The position numbers and the translations under genes are program-made. A DNA stretch of 64,000 bases, from IMG/VR virus record IMGVR_UViG_3300028048_000076, one strand, 5' to 3'. Positions 19,535 through 29,701 of this stretch are shown here, piece after piece (position 1 is the first letter of the stretch; the number at the start of each line of letters is the position of its first letter). The DNA is from a virus. Taxonomy: Duplodnaviria > Heunggongvirae > Uroviricota > Caudoviricetes. The notes under the pieces were generated by a model, which was not told where the DNA came from, searched no databases, and was given only the letters and a program-made list of their open reading frames with translations.

Positions 19535-19831
19535 ATGATTCGCAGAAGAAAAAAAGTTTTGAGAAATGCCTTTGAATTTTTCAATTGCGACAAAGATAAA
19601 AGTGCAGTTTCCATGAATCCTCTTTATGAAAACTGTATGTATCGAGATACCGTTCAGAGTCGCAGACGACTTTGGACTAGAATTAAAGATGAAATTGAAC
19701 GGAAAAATATCGAAATTGATTCTACTGACATGACAACAGTTCGTAAGGCAATCCTATTTGGCAATCCGTCCGAAGCAAGCGATTTTATGAAATATGGGGT
19801 TATCCTTACCAAGAAAATGGAAGACTATTAA
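19535..19831 (+). CDS. Hypothetical protein
   Basis: 98-aa ORF with RBS. Confidence 0.6.
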   Translation: MIRRRKKVLRNAFEFFNCDKDKSAVSMNPLYENCMYRDTVQSRRRLWTRIKDEIERKNIEIDSTDMTTVRKAILFGNPSEASDFMKYGVILTKKMEDY

Positions 19832-19848
19832 GGTAAGGTGAGAAAATA

Positions 19849-20193
19849 ATGGAAGCTATCGACAAAAAACAGCACATCATCAATACAATTAAAAAATACG
19901 TTGACAAAGACAATGCGGTAGATTTGAAGTTGTTTCGAGAAGAATGTAAATCGGAATATTTTTTAGTTAATCATTACTTTGGTTCTATTGATAATCTATT
20001 GACTCAGATAAATGCGAAAAGAAGCGTTTCAAGTTATGGGGGAGCTTCTTTGCGAAATAAATTAGCACTTGCATTTATTGAAGATTGTCGCAAAAAAGGT
20101 AAAACCTATGACGAGATTGGAAAAACTTTCAATGTTTCGAGGGCGGCAGTAAGTGCATTGCATAAAAAACTGACACAGTATCTACCAAAATAA
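19849..20193 (+). CDS. HTH DNA-binding protein
   Basis: KTYDEIGKTFNVSRAAVSAL. Confidence 0.65.
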   Translation: MEAIDKKQHIINTIKKYVDKDNAVDLKLFREECKSEYFLVNHYFGSIDNLLTQINAKRSVSSYGGASLRNKLALAFIEDCRKKGKTYDEIGKTFNVSRAAVSALHKKLTQYLPK

Positions 20194-20321
20194 TGATAAA
20201 CAACGTCACGTTAAATGTGGCGTTGTTTTTTTTTGTAAAATTTTTGACGCAAGAAATTACAAAATAATTACTTATGCAATATAATATGTTCGTAAAAATT
20301 TAGTCAAAGGAGACATGCAAA

Positions 20322-20786
20322 ATGGCAAAAAAAGTTATTTTGGGGAACGTTGATTTGAGCGAAGTATCACAAACGCCGTGTTGGTATACGCTTGTTACTC
20401 AATTCAATTATGAGGAAAAAGCTGTAAACAATATTTGTGATGCAATTGACGGTACTGATTTTGCAGATAAAGTAGAAGACTTCTATATTCCTATCAAATA
20501 TAGTAAAGAAGTCGTTCATCTCGCAGACGGTTCGACCAAAAACAAAATCCACAAGGTTAAAGGTGCTTTATCTAATTACATTTTTATCAAATGTGTATTG
20601 GATGAAGGTCTTTGGAATTTGCTACGTACTACAACAGGTGTAGCAGTTATTCCGACAACAGGTGGTTTCCCTGTGGCTATTTCTGAACAGGAAATTAAAA
20701 AGATGAAAGAAAAACAAGCCCCTGAGGGATTTACCCCTGATGAATTAAAAGCCTTGCAAAATAAATTAAAATATAGTCTAGTTTGA
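20322..20786 (+). CDS. NusG N-terminal (NGN) domain protein without KOW domain
   Basis: WYTLVTQFNYEEKAV, FYIP, SNYIFIKC, LWNLLRTTTGV, PVAISEQEI. Confidence 0.85.
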   Translation: MAKKVILGNVDLSEVSQTPCWYTLVTQFNYEEKAVNNICDAIDGTDFADKVEDFYIPIKYSKEVVHLADGSTKNKIHKVKGALSNYIFIKCVLDEGLWNLLRTTTGVAVIPTTGGFPVAISEQEIKKMKEKQAPEGFTPDELKALQNKLKYSLV

Positions 20787-20801
20787 AAGAGGGATTAATT
20801 A

Positions 20802-21398
20802 ATGTACAGATTAAAAATGGACATTACACAGAATGATTTTCAGCGTTATATGACACATTCAAAATTTTATGATTTTGCTCAGTTGAATGTAGTAATTGCA
20901 ATTATGAAGGAAAGCTTCAAACAGTATCTTGATGTTTTGAATGGTATTGACGAGAAGATTCTTGTTCGTGTTCTTACTAACGAAGATTATGATGTATATG
21001 TAACGTTTGACTTCGTAGGTAAAGATGTTTATTTCACAACTGAATATCATGGTGCTAATGACGAGCATTTTACATCTAATATTTGTGAGGGTGCTGACAT
21101 TCAGAATTCTGTTAGTCTGAAACAGATTAATCAGACCTATTTTTGCGAATGTGTAGAAAAGCCAACAAAGGTACTTATTGCTATGTATTATAAGGATATT
21201 GTCACGTTCCTTAAAGAGGAAATTGACCGTCTTACAGGAACATCTACAATGGTAGAAAATGTTTTCAATGATTATATGAAACAGCAGAATTCTGAACAGG
21301 AACAGGAAACTACACAGGCTGATAAAGGTGTTGAAATTGTCGATAAGACAAATGAAACACGTCCTGAACCAAAAGATATTCTCCCTGAAGAGTGCTAA
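20802..21398 (+). CDS. Hypothetical protein
   Basis: 198-aa ORF. Confidence 0.7.
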   Translation: MYRLKMDITQNDFQRYMTHSKFYDFAQLNVVIAIMKESFKQYLDVLNGIDEKILVRVLTNEDYDVYVTFDFVGKDVYFTTEYHGANDEHFTSNICEGADIQNSVSLKQINQTYFCECVEKPTKVLIAMYYKDIVTFLKEEIDRLTGTSTMVENVFNDYMKQQNSEQEQETTQADKGVEIVDKTNETRPEPKDILPEEC

Positions 21399-21468
21399 AA
21401 ATAGTTGACAAATAGCCATCAAAATGCTATAATGAGTAAGCATTTTAAAACAAAGGAGATAAAAACCA

Positions 21469-21936
21469 ATGACTATTGAAGATAAGAAAGAAATTAGAGC
21501 AATTGTTAATGATTATATGAAAGAAATTATGGACAATTGCGAAGCAACTCTTAAAAGTGTAGATGAATACCTTGACAGTGTTGATGTTAAAGAAAAAGAA
21601 GAGAAAACGGCAGAAAAGGTTGTCATTCCTAATGATAAAATTATTTTGTCTGCTGATGTATTTGCAAAAATTATCAATAACCTTTCTTTCGCACAGAGTG
21701 AGGGAGTTATTGAAGATGGTAGCCTTGATATGATTTTCAAGGATGTGCAGAAAAATCGTCAGACATTTGAAATGAAAAGTGCAACCGTTGAAGATGCGAA
21801 ACCTAAAAAGAAGACTGAAAAACCACAGATTAAGGTAAATACTTTCCCTATTAACGATTTTTTCAGCAACAAAGGTCGAAATCCTGAATTAGACGATTTT
21901 ATTGATAAGGTTATTCGTGGTTACTATGGAGCATAA
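21469..21936 (+). CDS. Hypothetical protein
   Basis: 155-aa ORF with own promoter and AAGGAG RBS. Confidence 0.7.
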   Translation: MTIEDKKEIRAIVNDYMKEIMDNCEATLKSVDEYLDSVDVKEKEEKTAEKVVIPNDKIILSADVFAKIINNLSFAQSEGVIEDGSLDMIFKDVQKNRQTFEMKSATVEDAKPKKKTEKPQIKVNTFPINDFFSNKGRNPELDDFIDKVIRGYYGA

Positions 21937-22142
21937 AAATAATTTTATATATTTTTCAGCTTTGAAAAATAGAAAAAAAGTTGTAAACAAATTGTTGGCT
22001 CTCGATTTTGAAAACACTTCTACGGAAGAATTAAGTGCCTTGTTGTCAAATTATCAAACAATAATGCGTGATTTAAAAACAAGTAGATGATGTTTATAGT
22101 AGGGAGGGATGTAATTCCCTCCTTTTTAAATAGAAAGGAAAA

Positions 22143-22739
22143 GTGAATATGGAATATCAGTATAATGTTCAGCAAATGACTGAAGCTGCAAACGCATTGC
22201 AAAGTTTTTATGATGCTTATAATGAGCAGAATGAAAATAGTGATGCAGGAATGAGCTTTTTTATTTGGCTTTATGATTATCTTTTCACTAACAAGAAAAG
22301 TATGTATCTTGAACGTGTTCATATCGACAATTTTACAATGACGAAAGATAAAGACGAACAGAATCAAAATTACATTCGTTATTCTTTCCTTATGAATGTT
22401 TGCACTGAAAAAAACATTCTTCTTGAAAATTTAGAAGTTAGCCTATCGTTTGAAAATGAATGGAATAAAACTCATAGCGAGGAACTTCTAAAAGAAACTA
22501 TTCAGGCTACCATTCAGACCGCACTTAATGGTTATCTGACATCGCCTGATGAAAAAGAAAATCTGTTCCGTTTGTTTGCCATTTTAACAGATAGCGAAAT
22601 GAAAGAATTCCATTATTCTTGTGATGAATGCAATGAGGAATTTTCTAAGGCAGAATATCTCCTTACACATCTAAAAGAAACAGGACATAAAGATTCTATT
22701 TGGAAACAGTATGGTTGGTTTGAACCAAAATACCGCTAA
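22143..22739 (+). CDS. Hypothetical protein with C-terminal C2H2-type zinc finger
   Basis: YSCDECNEEFSKAEYLLTHLKETGH. Confidence 0.7.
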   Translation: MNMEYQYNVQQMTEAANALQSFYDAYNEQNENSDAGMSFFIWLYDYLFTNKKSMYLERVHIDNFTMTKDKDEQNQNYIRYSFLMNVCTEKNILLENLEVSLSFENEWNKTHSEELLKETIQATIQTALNGYLTSPDEKENLFRLFAILTDSEMKEFHYSCDECNEEFSKAEYLLTHLKETGHKDSIWKQYGWFEPKYR

Positions 22740-22747
22740 GAGGTAAT

Positions 22748-23272
22748 GTGTATATGGATTTCGTAGACTCAAAAGATTTCTATTTGATTTTTATGTTTGT
22801 TTTGTTTTGGTTTTTTTCTTCATTTGTGGGAGCATGGAATGTTTTCAGAAATAAAATTGAAAAACCAAATCCTAATGCTGTATATGCCCTTGACACTGAA
22901 CTTAAAGGAGCAAAAGGACTATTAAAAGTTTTATATGTCGTTGCTTCTGTGTTAATTATTTCATGGATAATGTTAAAAGGATTAATCGTACTGTTAGCAA
23001 TATTTTGTTTTGGAATGGCACATACACAACAAGGATATGTGTTGATTGTATGGTTAACATATTTTGTTTCATTCCTAATTACATTTTCTTACAATTGTAT
23101 AAAAGAGTTTCAAATTATCAAAAATTATAATTTTGAAAGTGAAAATTTTTTCGAGCAATTGTATAAGATAAAAAAGCCCATTATAATTAAAACACTTTCA
23201 GTGATTGAAAGTTATATTAATTTCGGATTGGCAACATTTGTACTTGCCGTGTTCTGTAGCAAATGGATTTAA
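22748..23272 (+). CDS. Multi-pass membrane protein
   Basis: About four hydrophobic segments. Confidence 0.65.
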   Translation: MYMDFVDSKDFYLIFMFVLFWFFSSFVGAWNVFRNKIEKPNPNAVYALDTELKGAKGLLKVLYVVASVLIISWIMLKGLIVLLAIFCFGMAHTQQGYVLIVWLTYFVSFLITFSYNCIKEFQIIKNYNFESENFFEQLYKIKKPIIIKTLSVIESYINFGLATFVLAVFCSKWI

Positions 23273-23644
23273 GAGAATTTCTCAATGCCATCAAATTAAA
23301 TCAATAGATAATATAACTGATTCGTAAAAAAAATAAGACAAAAAGGAAGGATAAAAAATGAAATGTGAAGATTGTACTGAGTGGGAATATTTTGATGGGT
23401 ACGGTTATGGTTGTTTTTGCATGAAAACAATGACACCCATTGATGCCAATAAGTGCGAATTTTTCGCAGAGAAAAGACCTGATATACCGCATTCATGGAA
23501 GCCATCAAAAACAGATAAGAAGAAATGAAAAAACCACTTCGGAATTTCCTTTTACGGAATCCGAAGTGGTTTTTTTTGTTATATATTTTTTTAAAAATAA
23601 TCAAAAACGCAAATATTCTAGTTACAGTTGCGTATTTTTTTAGT

Positions 23645-23829
23645 GGAAGGTCGAGAAAATTTAATTACGCTAAGACGCATACAGCTATCGTCATATGAAA
23701 TTCCTCCTAAGATTTTGTGTTTATCAATGCGTCTAGTTTTATAATAAAGACTTATGACAGTCTTGGTTTTATATATATCTCCTTTTTCTGAGAAATATAC
23801 CTTCGATTCGACACACTCCTTGACCTTCC
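23645..23829 (+). ncRNA. Candidate Y-RNA-like structured RNA
   Basis: 5' GGAAGGTCGAG pairs with 3' CTTGACCTTCC; internal helices AGACGCAT/ATGCGTCT and AAGACT/AGTCTT; lies upstream of a DUF2828 gene. Confidence 0.45.
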
Positions 23830-23909
23830 GAACATATTAATCCTTCTTTAGTGAATGAGTGATGGCAAAACAGTTATCACTCATTTTTAGTTTACAGAAA
23901 GGCATGGAA

Positions 23910-24737
23910 ATGAATAAGACATTATCATTGTTATTAAACGAAACAAACAACATTATTGTTAATGCACAGCATAACAAACATTATGACAATTACTGTATAT
24001 TCCGTCTAGCGTACCATTCAGACCCCCAAACGGCATTGAGATGGTTATTATACCTTCGAGATATTAAAAGCGGTCTAGGGCAACGTGAAGCGTTTAGAGG
24101 GCTATTAGTGGAAATAGCTAATCATGATATAGAATTAGCTATTAAACTATTACGATTGGATTTGGCTCAATATGGTAGATTTGATGATGAAATTTCCATC
24201 TATGATAAAGTGAATTCAGGTTGTAAAGCTGCTATTATTGATAAAATTAGACATTTACTAAAAGAAGATTTACAATTGGAATCTGAAGGTAAAGATATTT
24301 CTCTATTAGCAAAATGGATGCCATCAATTAATACAAGCAGCCCCCACACGAGAAAATTAGCAAATATGATTAGAAAAGATTTGTTATTATCACCAAGACA
24401 GTATAGAAAAATTCTTTCACGTTTAAGGAAACATTTAAATATTTTAGAAAGAAATTTATCAAAAAAAGACTACAAAAACATAAATTATGAAGAAATTTCT
24501 GCAAAAAATAACCAAAAATATGCAAAACTTTTTGAAAAAAATGATTCAGAACGCAGAATGGAATATTTGAAAAATAAAGAGCAAAAGGATAAGATGTATC
24601 GCATTTTAAATGAATATAATAAAACTATGGACAAGCAAGAAAAAACTGTAGAACAAATTATTTTCAGCGAAAGATACGATATAATCAACGAAATCTTTAC
24701 TCAAAAAAATGATGAAAAATTTGAAATAAATGCCTAA
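23910..24737 (+). CDS. DUF2828-like protein, lacking the usual C-terminal vWA part
   Basis: LLYLRDIKSGLGQREAF, YGRFDD, LLAKWMPSINTSS, YRKILSRLR. Confidence 0.7.
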   Translation: MNKTLSLLLNETNNIIVNAQHNKHYDNYCIFRLAYHSDPQTALRWLLYLRDIKSGLGQREAFRGLLVEIANHDIELAIKLLRLDLAQYGRFDDEISIYDKVNSGCKAAIIDKIRHLLKEDLQLESEGKDISLLAKWMPSINTSSPHTRKLANMIRKDLLLSPRQYRKILSRLRKHLNILERNLSKKDYKNINYEEISAKNNQKYAKLFEKNDSERRMEYLKNKEQKDKMYRILNEYNKTMDKQEKTVEQIIFSERYDIINEIFTQKNDEKFEINA

Positions 24738-24810
24738 ATTTTATAAAATTTTATAAAAAAATCCAAAACTTTTTGAAAAATTTCAAAAAGTTTTGGATTT
24801 TTTTATTTTT

Positions 24811-25014
24811 TTACATTTTTTTTATTTCTTTGAAGAACTCCATTTCTTGTTCTGTTACTATAACTGCAATATATGATGATTTATCTCTAATATCCATCAG
24901 AAGATTTCCCTCGCCTGCTCTTAGATATTTGAGAGTAGCGATTATTCGCTCGTCAGGTATGTATTCTATACCTTCACAACAATCATCATATATGTACCAA
25001 TTTCTCATTACCAC
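24811..25014 (-). CDS. Small hypothetical protein
   Basis: 67-aa ORF with GGAG RBS. Confidence 0.55.
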   Translation of the reverse strand: MVMRNWYIYDDCCEGIEYIPDERIIATLKYLRAGEGNLLMDIRDKSSYIAVIVTEQEMEFFKEIKKM

Positions 25015-25110
25015 GTTTAGTTCTCCAATTTATTAGACTACTTATTACAAACAAAAATTGTATATATTATACAATGTCATATACATATACAATATCGTTA
25101 CAACAAAAAG

Positions 25111-25353
25111 TCATACACATAACACACGCATCAAATTTACATCAACAAATTTCAGATATTTAGAATCCCACCAATCCCTGCTAAATGTATGTACGGAGTA
25201 ACGTCCATTAAACGATTTATCTGCAAATTTTACATCTACCGTCTGTACTCCACTAAGATTGCGATAATACTTTACTTCTATATTGGGAAAAACCGCTTTA
25301 ATTACATCGCCATTAGTTAATATTTTTTCCTTTTTTGCATCAAAATCAGCCAT
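25111..25353 (-). CDS. Small hypothetical protein
   Basis: 80-aa ORF with AAGGGGG RBS. Confidence 0.6.
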   Translation of the reverse strand: MADFDAKKEKILTNGDVIKAVFPNIEVKYYRNLSGVQTVDVKFADKSFNGRYSVHTFSRDWWDSKYLKFVDVNLMRVLCV

Positions 25354-25774
25354 TGAAATGCCCCCTTAGTAAATTAACATTTGTGTTATTCTAAAATTAT
25401 ATCCCTATTCCATGTGCATGTCAAATCAAAAAGGAAGCTTTTCATTTCATAGGCTTGATAATATACTGCATACATACAAAAATATAAAACAACAATACCA
25501 TTAATCAGTAGTAATGTCAATCCACGACAGTATACTAATTAGGTTGTAGACCTGCGTTTGTAGCGAAATCAGCAGGAGGATTTTTAATTTTAACGCCTTT
25601 CACATCACATCCTTTAAATAATTATTGTTTTAAAGTCGAAGTCTACTTATTTAATAGTGATTTGTATTACAAATAATAAGATGCAGGAATGGTAAGGGAT
25701 TAGGATTTTTTAAAAAAGTATTGACAAAAATATTTTTATATGATATAGTAAATGAAAAAGGAGGAATGATTAAA

Positions 25775-26386
25775 ATGGCAAAAAAAGCAAACGAGAAGGA
25801 AGAGATGCGGTATGAAACGGTAGAACAATTTTGTGCAGATTATGCAGATGCAAGCAATCATTTTCAGCATAATCTATCCGATTTCGTTAAATCATTTACT
25901 GATTACGTATGGAAGAAGACTGACATTACGGAAGAGATTAAGAAATTAGATGAAACGCCGTTAACGAGGAAAGAATATGAAGAAAAAGTAGCTGAACTCA
26001 AGAAATCAGTAAGCGTTTTTACTTACACAAAAGAAATGAATGAAAATGATTTATACAAAATGCTTATCATTCCTTGGATGAAGGAATACGCATGTGTTGA
26101 ATACGGATTAGATGCAAAGCTTGCGGAAGCTGTAGCCAAGTATATATGGAAAGAATATGATATATGCGGATTGCTTTTGCATTTTGATGAACCGAACTAT
26201 TATGAAGCAAATTATCGTCATTATAGCGAATCGGAAAGCTCTGAATATAATTTGTATAACAGAAATAAATATTATACGTATCAAAATCATTTATATGCAG
26301 AAACCATTATCAAGAATATAATGGGATTAATTGTAAGCAATAAGGATTTGACGAATTCGCTTTATTTGGAAGCATTAGATGACTAA
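25775..26386 (+). CDS. Hypothetical protein
   Basis: Start set at the ATG after GGAGG. Confidence 0.7.
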   Translation: MAKKANEKEEMRYETVEQFCADYADASNHFQHNLSDFVKSFTDYVWKKTDITEEIKKLDETPLTRKEYEEKVAELKKSVSVFTYTKEMNENDLYKMLIIPWMKEYACVEYGLDAKLAEAVAKYIWKEYDICGLLLHFDEPNYYEANYRHYSESESSEYNLYNRNKYYTYQNHLYAETIIKNIMGLIVSNKDLTNSLYLEALDD

Positions 26387-26410
26387 AAAACAGAAATATA
26401 GTAATAGAAG

Positions 26411-26623
26411 GTGAAAAAGATGGATATGCAGACGGTATCGCAGTTCTTTAGTGATGGAGTAGATTTTATTGCAATGATTGTATCTATGGTTGACAAATTG
26501 ATTCCCATTGTGATAAAATATCCTGAAGCTAGTTTAATTGTGGTAATCATTGGATATTTAAAACGCAATTGGATTAAGCGAAAAGTCAGACAATTGTTGA
26601 GATATGTAATGATAGGAGTATGA
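26411..26623 (+). CDS. Small membrane protein
   Basis: Hydrophobic segment; GAAGGTG RBS. Confidence 0.55.
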   Translation: MKKMDMQTVSQFFSDGVDFIAMIVSMVDKLIPIVIKYPEASLIVVIIGYLKRNWIKRKVRQLLRYVMIGV

Positions 26624-26627
26624 TATA

Positions 26628-26813
26628 ATGAGACATGTGATTGCATTAGTTTTTGATTGTTTTGCCATTTGGCTACTTTCCCAAGTATATGAGATTTTCA
26701 GTATTGGATTCAATATCAATCCGACATTTGCTTTTTTGTTTGGTGTATGTTTTGTAATTTGTTTCCATATGAGAACGGTAAATTACCTGTATTGGTGGGG
26801 CAAGCATCAGTAA
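26628..26813 (+). CDS. Small membrane protein
   Basis: Two hydrophobic segments. Confidence 0.55.
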   Translation: MRHVIALVFDCFAIWLLSQVYEIFSIGFNINPTFAFLFGVCFVICFHMRTVNYLYWWGKHQ

Positions 26814-26829
26814 GGATGGAGGTATTCTT

Positions 26830-27096
26830 ATGGGAATACGTATTATGAGCAAAGAAAAAGAAGATAATCTCATAGAAATTAATGTACTTGAAGAAGGGAA
26901 TTTCGAAGGTTTTTTCGAATGCGAGGGGCGTTTTGATACGTCCCATGTTTTCGTTACTTGTGATTTTGTACCTGATGATGGTTGGTATCGAATAGCGACA
27001 TATACGAAATCAGATTTGAGGAAATTTAAAAAGAGAGGAATTCCTGTAACGTATCATTTTAAAGAATGGGAAGAGTTGAACGAAGATGGGGACTAA
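26830..27096 (+). CDS. Hypothetical protein
   Basis: 88-aa ORF. Confidence 0.6.
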   Translation: MGIRIMSKEKEDNLIEINVLEEGNFEGFFECEGRFDTSHVFVTCDFVPDDGWYRIATYTKSDLRKFKKRGIPVTYHFKEWEELNEDGD

Positions 27097-27538
27097 TTTT
27101 TATTGGATAAAAAAGCAGGAGTGGATGAATGAGTATGAATCCTGCAAAGAATTACCAAGAGTATTTGATTTAGACAATGACGAATTAGATAATTACAATC
27201 CATTTATTCATATAGGCAAGCGTAGTAGTGCAGGACATTATTGTACGAAATGTGGCATCACTTATTGTCAAGGTGGGGAGCGAGAAGTACATATGGGTAA
27301 ATGGATGTGGCATGATGTATGTCCTGCTTGTGGTAATAATGACCACAAAATATTTGTTTGCTCGTTCACATGGACAATGCGTAGGCATGAATGGGAAATT
27401 AGGAAATTAATTGCGAATGGATGTGAAGAAAAAGTCATTCAGGATGAATATGAGGAGCAATTCACGGCAGAAGAATTTTTGTGTGACGCATTGGAAAATG
27501 CAATTGTAACGAATCAGCATTTTGCTGAATTCAGTTAA
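27086..27538 (+). CDS. Phage Zn-finger hypothetical protein
   Basis: MGTNFY, HIGKRSSAG, CTKCG, CPACG. Confidence 0.65.
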   Translation: MGTNFYWIKKQEWMNEYESCKELPRVFDLDNDELDNYNPFIHIGKRSSAGHYCTKCGITYCQGGEREVHMGKWMWHDVCPACGNNDHKIFVCSFTWTMRRHEWEIRKLIANGCEEKVIQDEYEEQFTAEEFLCDALENAIVTNQHFAEFS

Positions 27539-27600
27539 AAAAACTATTGACAAAAATAAAATTCTTTGCTATGATTATAGTAAAGAAAGGAATGAGCGAT

Positions 27601-28989
27601 ATGAATTGTTATTATGGTACTCCGAAGCGTGGTTTTGAAATTGAAGTGCTTGTAGGATTACCTGCTAGTGGCAAAAGCACATATGCAAAGGCGAAGGAAA
27701 GCGAAGGGTATGTTGTTATTAGCAAAGATGATATTCGTCTAAAATGTGCTCGTAAGATGAATGATTTGGCATATGATGCGCCTGAAGGTTATTTTAAACC
27801 GTCCGAATTGCATCATTTCAGCAAAGTATGCAATGTAATCATTAATGATATTTGTGATAGTATTGTAAAATGGATAGCAAATAAATCGTTTTATGAAAAC
27901 GATTTAAATCGTAAGAGTCTGCACGAGTATACAGACGAAGAATATGAAGCCATACAAAAAGTATATTCGGAATACCTTAATCAGGTGTATAAAGCAAAGC
28001 ATGGTGTAATTTTTGATGCTACGTATTATACAAAGAAATCTCGTGTAATGTTTCCTGCGAAATTCAAGGATTGTGGTGTAAAACTCATTGCTCGTTATTT
28101 TGATTGCACTTTGGAAGAAGCTATCAAAGGTAATGAAGAGCGAAAGCAGTATAAAACGCTTTACAATGGCAAAGAATATGATGGTAGGCGAGTACCTGAT
28201 GATACATTGAGAAACATGTATAACAACCTCACTTTGCCAAGTGTAGAAGAAGGTTTTCATGTAGTCGTTGAAAACAAGCCGTGTTGTACAAAAATCAATG
28301 GTGATAAGTTGGTTCAGATGTATTATAACTTTGATAATTATTCTGAAGATGAAATTGCAGATATTTTTCCGAATGACTATTTCAAACAGTGCATCAATTT
28401 TAACCAATGTAATAGCCATCATACGCTTACCTTATCACAGCACATGTACCATTCTGCAAAATATGTTAAAGAGCATGGTGGTAATTTGACTACATTTATT
28501 GCGGCATTATTGCATGATGTAGGTAAGGCTGATACGAAAGGTTTATATGGTCGGTTAAATCGTGAATTCAACGGTTATAAGAATAATAAGGAATTGGAGA
28601 TTGTTGGTGAAGACGAAGTTTTTCATTGCGTAGACCCTTTTTCTAAGCATAAAATTGATGTACCGATGGATTATCTTGATGTAGATAGGGATTGTCACTA
28701 TTATAATCATCATGTAGTTTCAGCATTAAAGGCATGGCAAATGTTGAAAGGAATGTGTGATGAAAGAATGGCAAAAGATGTGTATAATCTCATTTATCAT
28801 CATATGGCAATACCTTTCAAATCAGATGATATTTCAACGAAAGCCTTGAATAAGATTAAGAAGTATTTAGGGGTTGAAGGGTTACATAATTTGGCATTGA
28901 TTAGGGAAGCTGATTTGTATGCAAAAGATTTGACCCCTCCAAATATCCCTGAATTAGTTACCTCAATTAAAAATTATCAATACATTTAA
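27601..28989 (+). CDS. Polynucleotide kinase (P-loop) fused to an HD phosphohydrolase
   Basis: VGLPASGKSTYAK, VIFDAT, RRVPDD; SHHTLTLSQHM, ALLHDVGK, YYNHHVVSA, EADL. Confidence 0.85.
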   Translation: MNCYYGTPKRGFEIEVLVGLPASGKSTYAKAKESEGYVVISKDDIRLKCARKMNDLAYDAPEGYFKPSELHHFSKVCNVIINDICDSIVKWIANKSFYENDLNRKSLHEYTDEEYEAIQKVYSEYLNQVYKAKHGVIFDATYYTKKSRVMFPAKFKDCGVKLIARYFDCTLEEAIKGNEERKQYKTLYNGKEYDGRRVPDDTLRNMYNNLTLPSVEEGFHVVVENKPCCTKINGDKLVQMYYNFDNYSEDEIADIFPNDYFKQCINFNQCNSHHTLTLSQHMYHSAKYVKEHGGNLTTFIAALLHDVGKADTKGLYGRLNREFNGYKNNKELEIVGEDEVFHCVDPFSKHKIDVPMDYLDVDRDCHYYNHHVVSALKAWQMLKGMCDERMAKDVYNLIYHHMAIPFKSDDISTKALNKIKKYLGVEGLHNLALIREADLYAKDLTPPNIPELVTSIKNYQYI

Positions 28990-28990
28990 C

Positions 28991-29025
28991 AAAAAAAAGG
29001 ACTGAGTAAAATCAGTCCTTTTTTT
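28991..29025. terminator. Bidirectional intrinsic terminator
   Basis: aaaaaaggactga..tcagtcctttttt. Confidence 0.8.
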
Positions 29026-29338
29026 AAATTGTAAAAAATTTTATATATAAAATTTTAAATACGTCTATATTTTCAATAAATGGTTGTAATACATTGTAAT
29101 ATCTATTGGCGTATATTTGTTTTGTTAAATAAGGTGTTCTGCTTGGATAACGAGAACAAGCGTTAAGAATTTCCTTTTCTGTTAAATTTTCTGACAAATT
29201 AAATTCATAAAGATTTTCAATAGTCAGCAAATATTGTTGTTGCAAGGAAAATTCTATTCCTTTAAATTGACCTGTTACGCAGTGTTTTATACGATTGTAA
29301 GAATAATTTAGCAATGGAATTTCTAATTTTTCGAACAT
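29024..29338 (-). CDS. Hypothetical protein
   Basis: 104-aa ORF. Confidence 0.55.
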   Translation of the reverse strand: MFEKLEIPLLNYSYNRIKHCVTGQFKGIEFSLQQQYLLTIENLYEFNLSENLTEKEILNACSRYPSRTPYLTKQIYANRYYNVLQPFIENIDVFKILYIKFFTI

Positions 29339-29341
29339 TTT

Positions 29342-29668
29342 TTATACCCCCATTTCTCTAGCTAGATAATTTTTGAAACATTTGATAGCGTATTTCATCT
29401 CTGCTTGAAATTCTTGATAAGCAGATACAATATTAAATGTATAATATTCATGTAAGAAAAATGATGGCAAGATTTTTGTGTCATAATGACCGAAGAAATG
29501 ATAATCTCTAAAAAGCTTGTCATAATCAACTGAAAAAATAAGATTTGCTTTATTTGAAAGAACTTTAACATCAAAACCTTCGAGAGATTTTGTTGATGAT
29601 ATAACAACGGTACAATTATCTGTTTCATATCCATAAGTAATTAAATTTTTATTCTCTCTTCTATACAT
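29342..29668 (-). CDS. Hypothetical protein
   Basis: 108-aa ORF. Confidence 0.55.
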   Translation of the reverse strand: MYRRENKNLITYGYETDNCTVVISSTKSLEGFDVKVLSNKANLIFSVDYDKLFRDYHFFGHYDTKILPSFFLHEYYTFNIVSAYQEFQAEMKYAIKCFKNYLAREMGV

Positions 29669-29701
29669 TTTTTTGTGCCTTTCCTATAATAAATATATCG
29701 A

